Shown: positions 1 through 12,000 of the stretch, piece by piece
How the letters are laid out: each line of letters opens with the position of its first letter
Position numbering within the stretch: position 1 is the first letter of the stretch
Source of the DNA: Nemertoderma westbladi
Taxonomy: Eukaryota > Animalia > Xenacoelomorpha
Reading direction: 5' to 3'
Assembly: GCA_032718475.1 (NCBI GenBank)
Contig: JAUCBJ010006518.1
Location: 10,339-74,338, forward strand
Length of the DNA: 64,000 nt
Translations under genes and position numbers: made by a program
The notes under the pieces: model-generated
Told to the model about the DNA's origin: nothing
Databases searched by the model: none
Seen by the model: only the letters and a program-made list of their open reading frames with translations

Positions 1-63
1 CAAGAGGACACATTGAGTAAAGGGCAAAAGGAGAGGAAGAATGTGGATGAGAGATTGCATGAT
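1..63 (+). CDS. MYH9/10: Myosin II exon (partial): [21 protein letters not shown]
   Basis: Open frame ending at a GTTAGT donor (64), phase 0. Confidence 0.85.
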
Positions 64-3000
64 GTTAGTATATACCTTAATATTAATATGTTACAGATGT
101 CATTGTGGCACGTATAGGTTAACTTTTTTCGACATTATTTTAATATAAAAGAGCCAGAGCAATTGCATTTTCATTTAATTAAACTAGTGAAACTTGCGTT
201 CAAAGTTACTAATCGAGCAACTTCAGACAATTGCCAATTATAGCAGTTCGCACACGCACACAGTACAATTGCAACTTTCCCTCTTAAGGCTTCTGCAAAG
301 TTTAGAAAATTATATTGTAACCAAAAATATTTATAATATCTAATATAAAGGAAATGGTAGTAATTTATGTTGTTTACATCACCTATAACGTGATTTGATA
401 TACCCCATTATAAGACATGGTCAAAACCCTCCAGCTAAGTGTTGACAATATAGGTGTGTGTGTAACTAACTCCGACACGTGTTATAATTATTTCTTTCAA
501 ATTTTTTATGCTATGGGCTGTGCAACCGTAAGAACCCTTCAACAACCAAATACATTTATTTTTTTTTCTCCTAAAGATCCAAAACCGACTGACGGAAGAA
601 GAAGACAAGGCTAAGCATTTATCCAAACAGAAAACCAAACAGGAGACCCTGATCCAAGATCTCGAGGAGAGAATCACCAAGGAAGAGAAGATCCGTCAGG
701 ATCTCGAGAAAGTCAAGCGGAAGTACGAAACTGAAATAAACGACCTTAACGAACAGCTGAATGAACTCCGGAACGAGTTGGCCGAACTGCGATTGCAACT
801 CGCGAGGAAGGAAGACGAGCTGAATCAGGCGTTGTACAGAGTAGATGAAGAGGCCGGAGCCAAAGTCGCCGCTCTCAAACATGCCCGCGAGTTGCAGATT
901 AATATCAGCGAGTTGCAGGAAGATTTGGATTCGGAGCGCGCGTCTCGGAGTAAAACGGAGAAGCAGAAGAGATCCATAGCCGAGGTTAGTGAGGCCGAAG
1001 TTTGTGAGGCCGAGCTTAGTAAGGCCGAGGTTTCAGTAAGTTGTATACAAACCCGTTACAATCAATGGTAATTATTAGAATGACAAATGTTTATCCTGAA
1101 ATACTGGAAAATCGTAACGTAAATGGTAACCTCCTATTATAAATAGTTTGAGGCCAGATAACCGGCCAGATCCGAACTTTAGTTAGAATAAGAATATCAT
1201 TTATATAGAAGACACTACAAAATAAAGGACAAAATACAAGGTAGAAAAAAATGTCACACAATTTTTCTGAAAATATTAACCCAGCCCACCCTGCTCACAC
1301 TTCGATCTTACAATCAATGGGACACGATGTTTGGTATGGGGTTATTCTACATAATTTTTATTATTTCTCTTAACTTAATTTGTTGTAGGAACTAGAACAG
1401 ATGCGAACGGATTTGGAGTTCCGAGAGGAATCTAAGCAACAGGCCCACGAACTGCGGGACAAACGGGAGACGGAGATGAAAGAGCTGAGGGTCAGTATAG
1501 AGGCGGATAACAAGGCGCACGAACAGCAGATAACGGAGGCCAGACAGAAATATAATAAAAGTTAGTATTTGTGTTTAAGTATTTGTATTTATTGGTGGTT
1601 GACCTACAACAGTGGCTGTATGTATATCAGTGCTATTGGCAGTGGGGAAGCCAGGATGTGGTTAAATTGATGACATACAAGATATTGGGTAGTATTTCCA
1701 GGTCTACCTTTTATCTTAAGAGCCGCTAGCATACATTAATGGGGTGAATACAAAACAAAGATACAAACACTATAAAGAACTACAAAACCCATGATGTGTT
1801 AACTTTCGTTTATTGTTTTGGTTCCCCCAACACGCCTCTGTAACGTGCCCCTTTAACTAACCTGCTCCTTTAAATGGCAATGGAACCTAACGCTCTTTGG
1901 GATGTAACGCTCTTTGTTATCTAACGCTCTTTGGGACAACGCGACTTTACCTGTTTGTTTTTTACAGGTCCTAAAGAGCGTCAAGTCCCAAAGAGCGTTA
2001 GGTCCCAAAGAACGTTAGGTCCCAAAGAGCGTTAGGTCCCAAAGAGCGTTAGGTTCCAAAGAGCGTTAGGTCCCAAACATAGTTAGGTCCCAAAGAGCGT
2101 TAGGTCCCAAAGAGCGTACGGTCCCAAACAGAGTTAGGTCCCAAACAGAGTTAGGTCCCAAAGAGCGTTAGGTCCTAAAGAGCGTCAAGTCCCAAAGAGC
2201 GTTAGGTCCCAGAGAGCTTTAGGTCCCAAAGAGCGTTAGGTCCCAAAGAGCGTTAGGTCCCAAAGAGCGTTAGGTCCCAAACATAGTTAGGTCCCAAACA
2301 GAGTTAGGTCCCAAAGAGCGTTAGGTCCCAAAGAGCGTTAGGTCCCAAAGAGCGTTAGGTCCCAAAGAGCGTTAGGTCCCAAACATAGTTAGTAAATAAG
2401 CAGGTTATTAAAGGAGCAGATTACAGAGGCGTGTTGGGGGAACCAAAACAATAAACGGAAATTAACATATGTTACAAGATTATGCAGGTTTACTTAATTG
2501 GGTCTTTGTTTTGTACTCATCCTACATTAATTAATGTGAGTACTATAATATTGATTTATAACGAAAACGCATAATAAATCTTATAAACTCGACGTGTATT
2601 TGTTATATTGGTAGACCTACATAATAATGTCAGTATGTGTTCTAGGCCCGTATATAGTTAGGCTAACTAAGCGCATGGCAGTTATATTAAAAGCAACACA
2701 TAATAATATAACATACCATTAATAATATTCCACGTACCTCCACCACTTAATTATCACTTATTACGTGAACCATAATCTAATGTAATGATATATTTAATTT
2801 GTAGAATTTCAGTTAAGTTTTGTTGTTTTATTTAAAGGAGTTTTTAAAGATAAATGGTCCTTAATTATTCCAAAATTCAGGGTCGATTTTTATCGGCGAA
2901 TTTTCAACATTCTGAATACTTTTATTGTTGAAGAGCTTCCAACTGATTTAACATCTGTTTTGTGAATATCTTTGTGTATTCGGCTTCCATATCTTTACCC

Positions 3001-6000
3001 CCCTTGGCTATAACTTCGCTTATCGCGTTACCGTATTCGCTCTGGAACCATTTAAACCAATGCTGGTTGAGCAGTAGAAGAGATCCATTCTTCCATAAAG
3101 CCTCCCCTTCAACGCTTTTATCGAGACCTTCAAACAAACTCTGCAATACATTTAGTTTCGCTTTGAGGATCGCGAGTCTTTCCTCAGGTTTAGTATTCCT
3201 CAGAAGAACTTGTTGTGTTGACAGTAGATTCTCCCGCTGAGCTCCGAACTTCGGCTCAACAAATCTCATCTTTATGAACTCCGCAGCTTTCTTCGGGAAG
3301 AATTCATTGAGTCCGAGTTGCTTCCAATCGTGGATGAGGGCTTCCCCGATTCCTGAGACGGCGTCGAATACTTCGTTAGCGAGTCGTTGGTCGGGGTTGA
3401 TGGGGTCCTTGAACCATGTGTGGAACCGGCACAACGACGCCAAACCCGCCACATCGATCAACGCGTAGGAGCGGAGGAAACCAGCCAACGCCTCGGGATC
3501 TTTCGCCAACTGCGGCCCCAGTGTCGATAACTTTCCGTTGTTTACTATATCTCCCTGGTAACCCAACTTTATATCATCTTCACGCATCAACACTCGCGAC
3601 TGCACTACAGACTTAAGCAGTCCAATAACATCGCTTTCAGATTTCTTGAAGACTTGGTTGAAATATTTGTTGTCTTTGTGGAATTTCTCAACGTTTTCAT
3701 ATATTCCGTCCCATATATTCCTCTCGATGTTAACTCCTATCTCCTTGGCAACTTCTACCATGTGTTTATGGAAGCTCGGGTCATCCTGGTTCACTCCGTA
3801 CATTTCTGTAAGTCGATTCTTCTCTTCGTTTAGCGAGGCATCGTCTGCGCGAAACAAAATTGTTTGATATTAAAAGTAGAAAACTGCGAAACGATTGTAT
3901 TTATTATATTACCACATTGATTGTAAAATTGGAAAGGAGTTCAAATATAACATTAACATAGAAATAAATAGTAACACGGCTTGATATTAATTGTTTAATC
4001 ATAAATTGGTAGACCGCACAGTATTCCAGAGAACTATGTTAAAATACTAATTAAACTAATAATACAAATAAAACCCTGAGAATACATTCAATACCGTCTG
4101 TGATCTTCCACATTAAAACCTTATACCAGTTTTAAAAATTTCCTTCAAAAGTTGTGTTAGTTAAAGTTGTGGATCCATACATCCCCGTGTATGTGGCCCG
4201 TTCCTCACCTACCTTGGTGGAACCATACATCCCCGTGTATGTGGCCAGTTCCTCGCCTACCTTGGTGGAACAATTCATCCCCGTGTATGTGGCCCGTTCC
4301 TCACCTACTTTGGTGGAACAATTCATCCCCGTGTATGTGGCCCGTTCCTCACCTACTTTGGTGGAACAATTCATCCCCGTGTATGTGGCCCGTTCCTCAC
4401 CTACTTTGGTGGAACAATTCATCCCCGTGTATGTGGCCCGTTCCTCACCTACTTTGGTGGAACAATTCATCCCCGTGTATGTGGCCCAGTTCCTCACCTA
4501 CCTTGGTGGAACAATTCATCCCCGTGTATGTGGCCCGTTCCTCACCTACCTTTGTGGAACAATTCATCCCCGTGTATGTGGCCCGTTCCTCACCTACCTT
4601 GGTGGAACAATTCATCCCCGTGTATGTGGCCCGTTCCTCACCTACTTTGGTGGAACAATTCATCCCCGTGTATGTGGCCCGTTCCTCACCTACTTTGGTG
4701 GAACAATTCATCCCCGTGTATGTGGCCCGTTCCTCACCTACCTTGGTGGAACAATTCATCCCCGTGTATGTGGCCCGTTCCTCACCTACCTTGGTGGAAC
4801 AATTCATCCCCGTGTATGTGGCCCGTTCCTCACCTACTTTGGTGGAATAATTCATCCCCGTGTATGTGGCCCGTTCCTCACCTACTTTGGTGGAACAATT
4901 CATCCCCGTGTATGTGGCCCGTTCCTCACCTACTTTGGTGGAACAATTCATCCCCGTGTATGTGGCCCGTTCCTCACCTACCTTGGTGGAACAATTCATC
5001 CCCGTGTATGTGGCCCGTTCCTCACCTACTTTGGTGGAACAATTCATCCCCGTGTATGTGGCCCGTTCCTCACCTACCTTGGTGGAACAATTCATCCCCG
5101 TGTATGTGGCCCGTTCCTCACCTACTTTGGTGGAACAATTCATCCCCGTGTATGTGGCCCGTTCCTCACCTACCTTGATGGAACAATTCATCCCCGTGTA
5201 TGTGGCCCGTTCTTCACCTACCGTGGTGGAACAATTCATCCCTGTGTACGTGGCCCGTTCCTCACCTACCTTGGTGGAACAATTCATCCCCGTGTATGTG
5301 GCCCGTTCCTCACCTACTTTGGTGGAACAATTCATCCCCGTGTATGTGGCCCGTTCCTCACCTACCTTGGTGGAACAATTCATCCCCGTGTATGTGGCCC
5401 GTTCCTCACCTACTTTGGTGGAACAATTCATCCCCGTGTATGTGGCCCGTTCCTCACCTACCTTGGTGGAACAATTCATCCCCGTGTATGTGGCCCGTTC
5501 CTCACCTACTTTGGTGGAACAATTCATCCCCGTGTATGTGGCCCGTTCCTCACCTACCTTGGTGGAACAATTCATCCCCGTGTATGTGGCCCGTTCCTCA
5601 CCTACTTTGGTGGAACAATTCATCCCCGTGTATGTGGCCCGTTCCTCACCTACTTTGGTGGAACAATTCATCCCCGTGTATGTGGCCCGTTCCTCACCTA
5701 CTTTTGTGGAACAATTCATCCCCGTGTATGTGGCCCGTTCCTCACCTACCTTGGTGGAACAATTCATCCCCGTGTATGTGGCCCGTTCCTCACCTACTTT
5801 GGTGGAACAATTCATCCCCGTGTATGTGGCCCGTTCCTCACCTACTTTGGTGGAACAATTCATCCCCTTGTATGTGGCCCGTTCCTCACCTACCTTGGTG
5901 GAACAATTCATCCCCGTGTATGTGGCCCGTTCCTCACCTACTTTGGTGGAACAATTCATCCCCGTGTATGTGGCCCGTTCCTCACCTACCTTGGTGGAAC

Positions 6001-9000
6001 AATTCATCCCCGTGTATGTGGCCCGTTCCTCACCTACTTTGGTGGAACAATTCATCCCCGTGTATGTGGCCCGTTCCTCACCTACTTTGGTGGAACAATT
6101 CATCCCCGTGTATGTGGCCCGTTCCTCACCTACCTTGGTGGAACAATTCATCCCCGTGTATGTGGCCCGTTCCTCACCTACTTTGGTGGAACAATTCATC
6201 CCCGTGTATGTGGCTCGTTCCTCACCTACTTTGGTGGAACAATTCATCCCCGTGTATGTGGCCCGTTCCTCACCTACCTTGGTGGAACAATTCATCCGCG
6301 TGTATGTGGCCCGTTCCTCACCTACCTTGGTGGAACAATTCATCCCCGTGTATGTGGCCCGTTCCTCACCTACCTTGGTGGAACAATTCATCCCCGTGTA
6401 TGTGGCCCGTTCCTCACCTACCTTGGTGGAACAATTCATCCCCGTGTATGTGGCCCGTTCCTCACCTACCGTGGTGCAACAATTCATCCCCGTGTATGTG
6501 GCCCGTTCCTCACCTACCTTGGTGGAACAATTCATCCCCGTGTATGTGGCCCGTTCCTCACCTACTTTGGTGGAACAATTCATCCCCGTGTATGTGGCCC
6601 GTTCCTCACCTACCTTGGTGGAACAATTCATCCCCGTGTACGTGGCCCGTTCCTCACCTACCGTGGTGGAACAATTCATCCCCGTGTATGTGGCCCGTTC
6701 CTCACCTACCTTGGTGGAACAATTCATCCCCGTGTATGTGGCCCGTTCCTCACCTACCTTGGTGGAACAACAATTCATCCCCGTGTATGTGGCCCGTTCC
6801 TCACCTACCTTGGTGGAACAATTCATCCCCGTGTATGTGGCCCGTTCCTCACCTACCTTGGTGGAACAACAATTCATCCCCGTGTATGTGGCCCGTTCCT
6901 CACCTACCTTGGTGGAACAATTCATCCCCGTGTATGTGGCCCGTTCCTCACCTACCTTGGTGGAACAACAATTCATCCCCGTGTATTTGGCCCGTTCCTC
7001 ACCTACTTTGGTGGAACAATTCATCCCCGTGTATGTGGCCCGTTCCTCACCTACCTTGGTGGAACAACAATTCATCCCCGTGTATTTGGCCCGTTCCTCA
7101 CCTACTTTGGTGGAACAATTCATCCCCGTGTATGTGGCCCGTTCCTCACCTACCTTGGTGGAACAATTCATCCCCGTGTATGTGGCCCGTTCCTCACCTA
7201 CCTTGGTGGAACAATTCATCCCCGTGTATGTGGCCCGTTCCTCACCTACCTTGGTGGAACAATTCATCCCCGTGTATGTGGCCCGTTCCTCACCTACCTT
7301 GGTGGAACAATTCATCCCCGTGTATGTGGCCCGTTCCTCACCTACCTTGGTGGAACAATTCATCCCCGTGTATGTGGCCCGTTCCTCACCTACCTTGGTG
7401 GAACAATTCATCCCCGTGTATGTGGCCCGTTCCTCGCCTACCTTGGTGGAACAACAATTCATCCCCGTGTATGTGGCCCGTTCCTCACCTACCTTGGTGG
7501 AACAATTCATCCCCGTGTATGTGGCCCGTTCCTCATCTACCTTGGTGGAACAATTCATCCCCGTGTATGTGGCCCGTTCCTCACCTACTTTGGTGGAACA
7601 ATTCATCCCCGTGTATGTGGCCCGTTCCTCACCTACTTTGGTGGAACAATTCATCCCCGTGTATGTGGCCCGTTCCTCACCTACCTTGGTGGAACAATTC
7701 ATCCCCGTGTATGTGGCCAGTTCCTCACCTACCTTGGTGGAACAATTCATCCCCGTGTATGTGGCCCGTTCCTCACCTACCTTGGTGGAACAATTCATCC
7801 CCGTGTATGTGGCCCGTTCCTCATCTACCTTGGTGGAACAATTCATCCCCGTGTATGTGGCTCGTTCCTCACCTACCTTGGTGGAACAATTCATCCCCGT
7901 GTATGTGGCCAGTTCCTCACCTACCTTGGTGGAACAATTCATCCCCGTGTATGTGGCCCGTTCCTCACCTACTTTGGTGGAACAATTCATCCCCGTGTAT
8001 GTGGCCCGTTCCTCACCTACTTTGGTGGAACAATTCATCCCCGTGTATGTGGCCCGTTCCTCACCTACTTTGGTGGAACAATTCATCCCCGTGTATGTGC
8101 CCGTTCCTCACCTACCTTGATGGAACAATTCATCCCCGTGTATGTGGCCAGTCTCGAAGTCCAGATGATGATGCCCCCAGAAGTAGTACTCGTCTCCCGT
8201 CAACGCCGTCGCGCGCTCCGCCACTTGCGTCATCAGCGCGATCGCGTAGGTATCTCGCATCTCTGTTGCCTCGATTGAGGCGAACCGAGCGTATGGATGT
8301 GGGTTATCGGTCGCTATCTGACACAGGTGATAGACCCCTCGCTTCAATCTAATTATTGAAACATTATACTTTTATTAGTTTATTTAATAGTATATAAGTT
8401 CTACTCTGTTTAGGTACTTGTAAATGCACAGTGGACTGTTAATTTTTAAGTTTCATTCTGTTTAAAAGAAAATTTCTAATTCATTACAAAAACACAACAT
8501 TCATTTTTACTATTTCCAAATTTTTTGGTCTTTCGGTGACAATTTTTATATATATTAAAATATTCCATTGACAAATCTTATAGTTTTAGAATTTTATATA
8601 CATATTCGTGTATTAAATGAAATCCACTAACTTGTCTGTTTCTCTGGCCATAATATATTGCATGTAGTCACTGAATGACCATTCCAAAACGTTATCAATA
8701 CCGAGTGTCTCCCAATCTCTTATAAACATATTAGAATGACTGGCGTCTCCAACAACGTGTTCGTTTATGGCTGAAATATATTTAATTGATAAAATGTAAT
8801 ATATTTTTTATATTTAGTCCTGTAATATAATAACTGGAAGTGAAACGTTGAATGCAATGTTAGTACTTTTTAGTAGAGGAAAGCTGTTGATATAAAATGT
8901 CTGAATGTTAACTGACATCAATCAGATTTCAACATTCAAATGTTAGACGTTCAATTTCGGCAGTGTAACCGTAACGTAGCATAATGTTATACCATATTTC

Positions 9001-12000
9001 TGTTACACGGCGGAAAATATTTTTAAATATTATGGCTTAGCCAATTATTATTGTATTATAATATGACCTAAAGCTCCTCGAAATGATCTTTACGAAAATG
9101 TAACATATTTTATTAATTCCACTGTAAGTGCCACAAAACTGAAACTAAAACAAGTCCTGTACCAACCTGTTTGATAAACACCCAATGGGCGTGGGTTCGG
9201 TTGGTACATTAGGAAGTGGGTATTGTAACTGGTAAACAACAACGTCATGTCGCTGCGAACCGCGCTGGCTGCAATCATTCGTTCCATTGGGTTGATGTGA
9301 TGGGCTTTGAACCAATTAGCGTTGAGGTTATTATCCCGGAAGGTTCCTGATTGGCTATCCAACGTGGTCTTAATAAATCTCCCGAAATCGGAAGAATTTC
9401 TGGACGAGATCTTCAAACCCCCGGGTTTACTGAGTAAACGGCTTACATGCATTAACGACATTGTATACTGCTTTAAGACGTTTATTAAAAAACAAAATGT
9501 TAAATAATTATTGATTAAGCTTATTAATTTTGAATATAATATATTTTTGTGTAATTTTTTTCGCCAAGCCGACACTGAATGAGTGCTGTGGAGTTTTACG
9601 TTCAATAAGTAGTGAACTTATCCAAACATCTGTTGGTGCTGATTTGATTTGTAAATTTACTTTACATATTCGATGAGCATGTGGTGTTACATAAACGTCT
9701 ACGAAGATTAGGTGTGTGCGTCGGCGTAACTGTGTTAGTGACGTTTTTCACGGGCGGAATAAATTACGTCGGTTGTATTGTGTAGTTGCTTTGCGTTTTG
9801 GCCGCCTTAACAACCAACAGCATACGCCTAGTTATCTTTATAACGTTGGTTTCTTGTATAATGAATGGATGTTTCCTGTTGCCTTACAACCTTTGTGACA
9901 TAATCCTCAAGTACCCGAGGACCCACAGATGGCGCTATTCAGCTATTGGCCCCGCTACTACAATTCATCATGTTCTAAATATTTTAATAAAAATTTCGGA
10001 TTTAAAAATCAAGCATTATTTACTCTGATAAATTGTACCGGTATTTGAATGTGGGGCGAGCCACGAAGTTGGCGGAGCCTTAGCGAATTGACACTGTTAG
10101 GGGGTGGGTCAATTTATGCAAATAGTTGTCGTCGTCGTCGTCGTCGTCGTTGTCGTCGTCGTCGTCGTTGTCGTCGTCGTCGTTGTCGTTGTCGTCGTCG
10201 TTACGATTTTGACATGCTAATAACTTTGTCGGATTTAAAGCTGCCAAGTTGAAAATTTGTAGGTATCAATATGAGCAAAAGTTGAGATTTTTGAGAGACT
10301 TTCAGACACCATCAGTGCAATGGTCTCCCGCTAGAGGGCCACATGTCTAAACATTAAATGGCCACCCATTTCTTTGCTTTTAATCCGTTTAAGCTGAAAC
10401 TTGGGAAGTATGTACTAGACCATTAGCTGTAAATTTCAAAGGAGGCTAATCTGTCTGCAGTTCTCCAGTCTGCCGCTAGAGGGCGAAATGTCCCGAATGT
10501 GAAATTATTCTTCCATTTAGTTGTTTATGATCTGATTACGCTGAAACTTGTCATATATGTACTAGATGACATCCTGAGTCTTTGTGTGGATTGTAATCGG
10601 TCCGAAGTTTTCCAGTCTCCCGCTAGAGGGCCACATGTCTAAACATTAAATGGCCACCCATTTCTTTGCTTTTAATCCGTTTAAGCTGAAACTTGGGAAG
10701 TATGTACTAGACCATTAGCTGTAAATTTCAAAGGAGGCTAATCTGTCTGCAGTTCTCCAGTCTGCCGCTAGAGGGCGAAATGTCCCGAATGTGAAATTAT
10801 TCTTCCATTTAGTTGTTTATGATCTGATTACGCTGAAACTTGTCATATATGTACTAGAAGACATCCTGAGTCTTTGTGTGGATTGTAATCGGTCCGAAGT
10901 TTTCCAGTCTCCCGCTAGAGGGCCACATGTCTAAACATTAAATGGCCACCCATTTCTTTGCTTTTAATCCGTTTAAGCTGAAACTTGGGAAGTATGTACT
11001 AGACCATTAGCTGTAAATTTCAAAGGAGGCTAATCTGTCTGCAGTTCTCCAGTCTGCCGCTAGAGGGCGAAATGTCCCGAATGTGAAATTATTCTTCCAT
11101 TTAGTTGTTTATGATCTGATTACGCTGAAACTTGTCATATATGTACTAGAAGACATCCTAAGTCTTTGTGTGGACAGTAATCGGTCCGGAGTTTTCGAGT
11201 CTGCCGCTAGAGGGCGAAATGTAGGAAAGTGATAACCTTTGCGAATTCCTTGATCTTAATCTATTTAAGCTGAATTTTGGAATATACAGTACCGGTATGT
11301 ACTAGACCACATGCCTCGTCTTTGTGAGGAAGGTGATCGATCCGTAGTTCTTTAATATGCCGCTAGAGGGCTAAATGTATGAAAGTGAAAACCTTCCAAC
11401 ATTTCGTTATTTATGATCCGTCAATCGGAAACTTGGTAGATATGTAATAGACCATAGGATGTGGCTTTGTAGGGAAACTAATCCTTCCTTCTTCAGTTAC
11501 CCAGTCTCCCGCTAGAGGGTTAACGTTTTCCGGGAAAATCTTCTCCTATGTTTTTATAATCCTTTCGAGTTGATACTTAGCATTAACTCATTTCACGTGC
11601 TGCGCGAAGGCCCCACTTCGTGTTGTGTTAGAATCTTACGTATTTAAACCATATCCCAGAATATAGTGTTAATGAGATTGCATGAAATTTGAAACAGAGA
11701 TAGTTTCATTCAACTCCTCTTGGGTGGGTGAGCCAGAATTTTTATTTTTGCTTTCAATCTTTAGCTACAAACGTTTGAAAAAGGTGTCTCCAGCGATATT
11801 ACACCAGTTACACCGCAGTTATTCTTCAACCTTATAGCTGTTTGTTGGTACCAATGGAAAGCTGGCCCTGCAAGGATTCCAAATATGTAACACAATGTGA
11901 ATTTTGTTGCAAGAACAACTGAGATATGGGCGATCAAAAGTTGCATTGTTTTGCATCTGCGCTGGGCTATTTTATTATATTTAATAAATACAACAATCTG

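Larger units (their letters stand above)
10049..11645. mobile_element. Helentron-associated (HINE/DINE-1-like) non-autonomous element
   Basis: 5' GTGGGGC...CACGAAGTTGGC versus 3' GCCCCACTTCGTG (subterminal inverted repeat), then a (GTC/GTT)n microsatellite and a central tandem array. This is the known HINE layout. Confidence 0.55.

Noticed and set aside
4132-8352. >1000-aa repetitive ORFs in several frames ([12 protein letters not shown]..., [16 protein letters not shown]... etc.)
   Set aside because: By-product of a stop-poor 48-bp (3n) unit. The region is intronic for both genes, and the real coding frame of the nested gene stops immediately (HQGR*).
2922-9461. Bacterial contamination as the source of the HDO-like gene
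   Set aside because: It has three phase-consistent GT-AG introns with the same donor style as the host gene and lies between consecutive myosin exons.
10049-10252. Poly-Arg/Cys protamine-like ORF
   Set aside because: Translation of the (GTC/GTT)n microsatellite within the HINE-like element.
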